NCBI GenBank assembly: GCA_049512415.1
Contig: JBEKXD010000020.1
Location: 732 to 64,731 of the forward strand
Length of the DNA stretch: 64,000 bases
Source of the DNA: Polyangiaceae bacterium
GTDB taxonomy: Bacteria; Myxococcota_A; Polyangia; Polyangiales; Polyangiaceae
Reading direction: 5' to 3'
The notes below the pieces were generated by a model, which saw nothing but the letters and a program-made list of their open reading frames with translations, did no database searches and was not told where the DNA came from. Position numbers and translations under genes: made by a program. This document shows positions 63,484 to 64,000 of the stretch, one piece after another. Each line of letters starts with the position of its first letter. Positions within the stretch are counted from its first letter, which is position 1.

Positions 63484-64000
63484 ATGCTCTCCATCGATCT
63501 TTCGGGCAAGCGTGCATTCGTCGCCGGGGTGGCGGACGACGCGGGTCTCGGGTTCGCCATCGCCAAATCGCTCGCGGAGGCGGGGGCTACGGTTTGCGTT
63601 GGCACGTGGCCTCCGGCACTCGGCATCTTCGAGACGCTTCTGCGCCGTGGCAAGATGGACCCATCCCTGGCTCTATCCGACGGGCGCAAGCTCGCCTTCG
63701 AGCGCATCGTGCCACTCGACGCCGAGTTCGACACGCTCGAGGACGTGCCTGTCGACGTACGGGAGAACAAGCGCTACAGAGATGTGGGAGACTTCACGAT
63801 CCAGGGTTGCGCCAACAGGCTCCGAGAAGAGTTCGGTGAAACCCCCGTAGACATTGTCGCGCACGCGCTGGCCAACGCTCCGGAGATTTCCCGAGGCCTT
63901 CTCGAGACGAGTCGCCGCGGCTATCTCGCAGCCCTTGGGGTGAGCTCCTATTCGATGGTGTCGATGGCAAAGCGCCTCGGTCCCCTGATGCGAACGGGGG
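63484..64000 (+). CDS. fabI: enoyl-[acyl-carrier-protein] reductase FabI, plant/chlamydia-like long type (3' end outside window)
   Basis: GGAGGG lies 6 nt upstream of the ATG. GKRAFVAGVADDAGLGFAIAKSLAEAGA...VGTWPPALGIFETLLRRGKMD...NKRY...ETSRRGYLAALGVSSYSMVS runs parallel to the plastid/chlamydial ENR sequence as I recall it. Confidence 0.85.
   Translation, partial: MLSIDLSGKRAFVAGVADDAGLGFAIAKSLAEAGATVCVGTWPPALGIFETLLRRGKMDPSLALSDGRKLAFERIVPLDAEFDTLEDVPVDVRENKRYRDVGDFTIQGCANRLREEFGETPVDIVAHALANAPEISRGLLETSRRGYLAALGVSSYSMVSMAKRLGPLMRTG

Overview
This is a GC-rich chromosomal segment with strong G/C bias at third codon positions. Its gene content looks myxobacterial (Myxococcota). I support about 40 CDS, one tRNA-Phe, one consensus sigma-54 promoter, and several coding and non-coding repeats.

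Housekeeping genes are uvrA, mutS, ksgA/rsmA, a dksA-like gene, thiC, a plsC-like gene, an rsmB-like gene, a DEAD-box helicase, an M1 aminopeptidase and a plant/chlamydia-type fabI. They are interleaved with a very high density of secreted and lipoprotein genes:
- a type IV pilus minor-pilin/PilY1 operon;
- two tandem paralogous lipoproteins (Ig-like domain, conserved CXXCH, PD40-like motifs, double knottin-like tail);
- a ~1470-aa 'Myxococcus cysteine-rich repeat' plus fibro-slime protein;
- a DUF1566 lipoprotein, Ser/Thr kinase and TPR-PEGA operon;
- an MJ0042 zinc-ribbon/TPR giant;
- a protein with a six-Cys 41-aa repeat;
- a lipoprotein with a Ser/Gly-repeat linker.

I saw no CRISPR array, transposase, integrase or phage genes.

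The best candidates for something undescribed are:
1. 35.3-41.0 kb: a perfect sigma-54 promoter, a 60-aa ORF, a conserved 57-nt element, then two translationally coupled giant beta-propeller-like lipoproteins just upstream of mutS.
2. The 57-nt element itself, which recurs at 63.4 kb in front of fabI.
3. The tandem CXXCH/double-knottin lipoprotein paralogs at 9.6-14.6 kb.

All functional calls come from motif recognition by eye; no database search was run. Many long ORFs in the supplied track are alternate-frame or antisense artefacts of the GC-rich sequence and were ignored.
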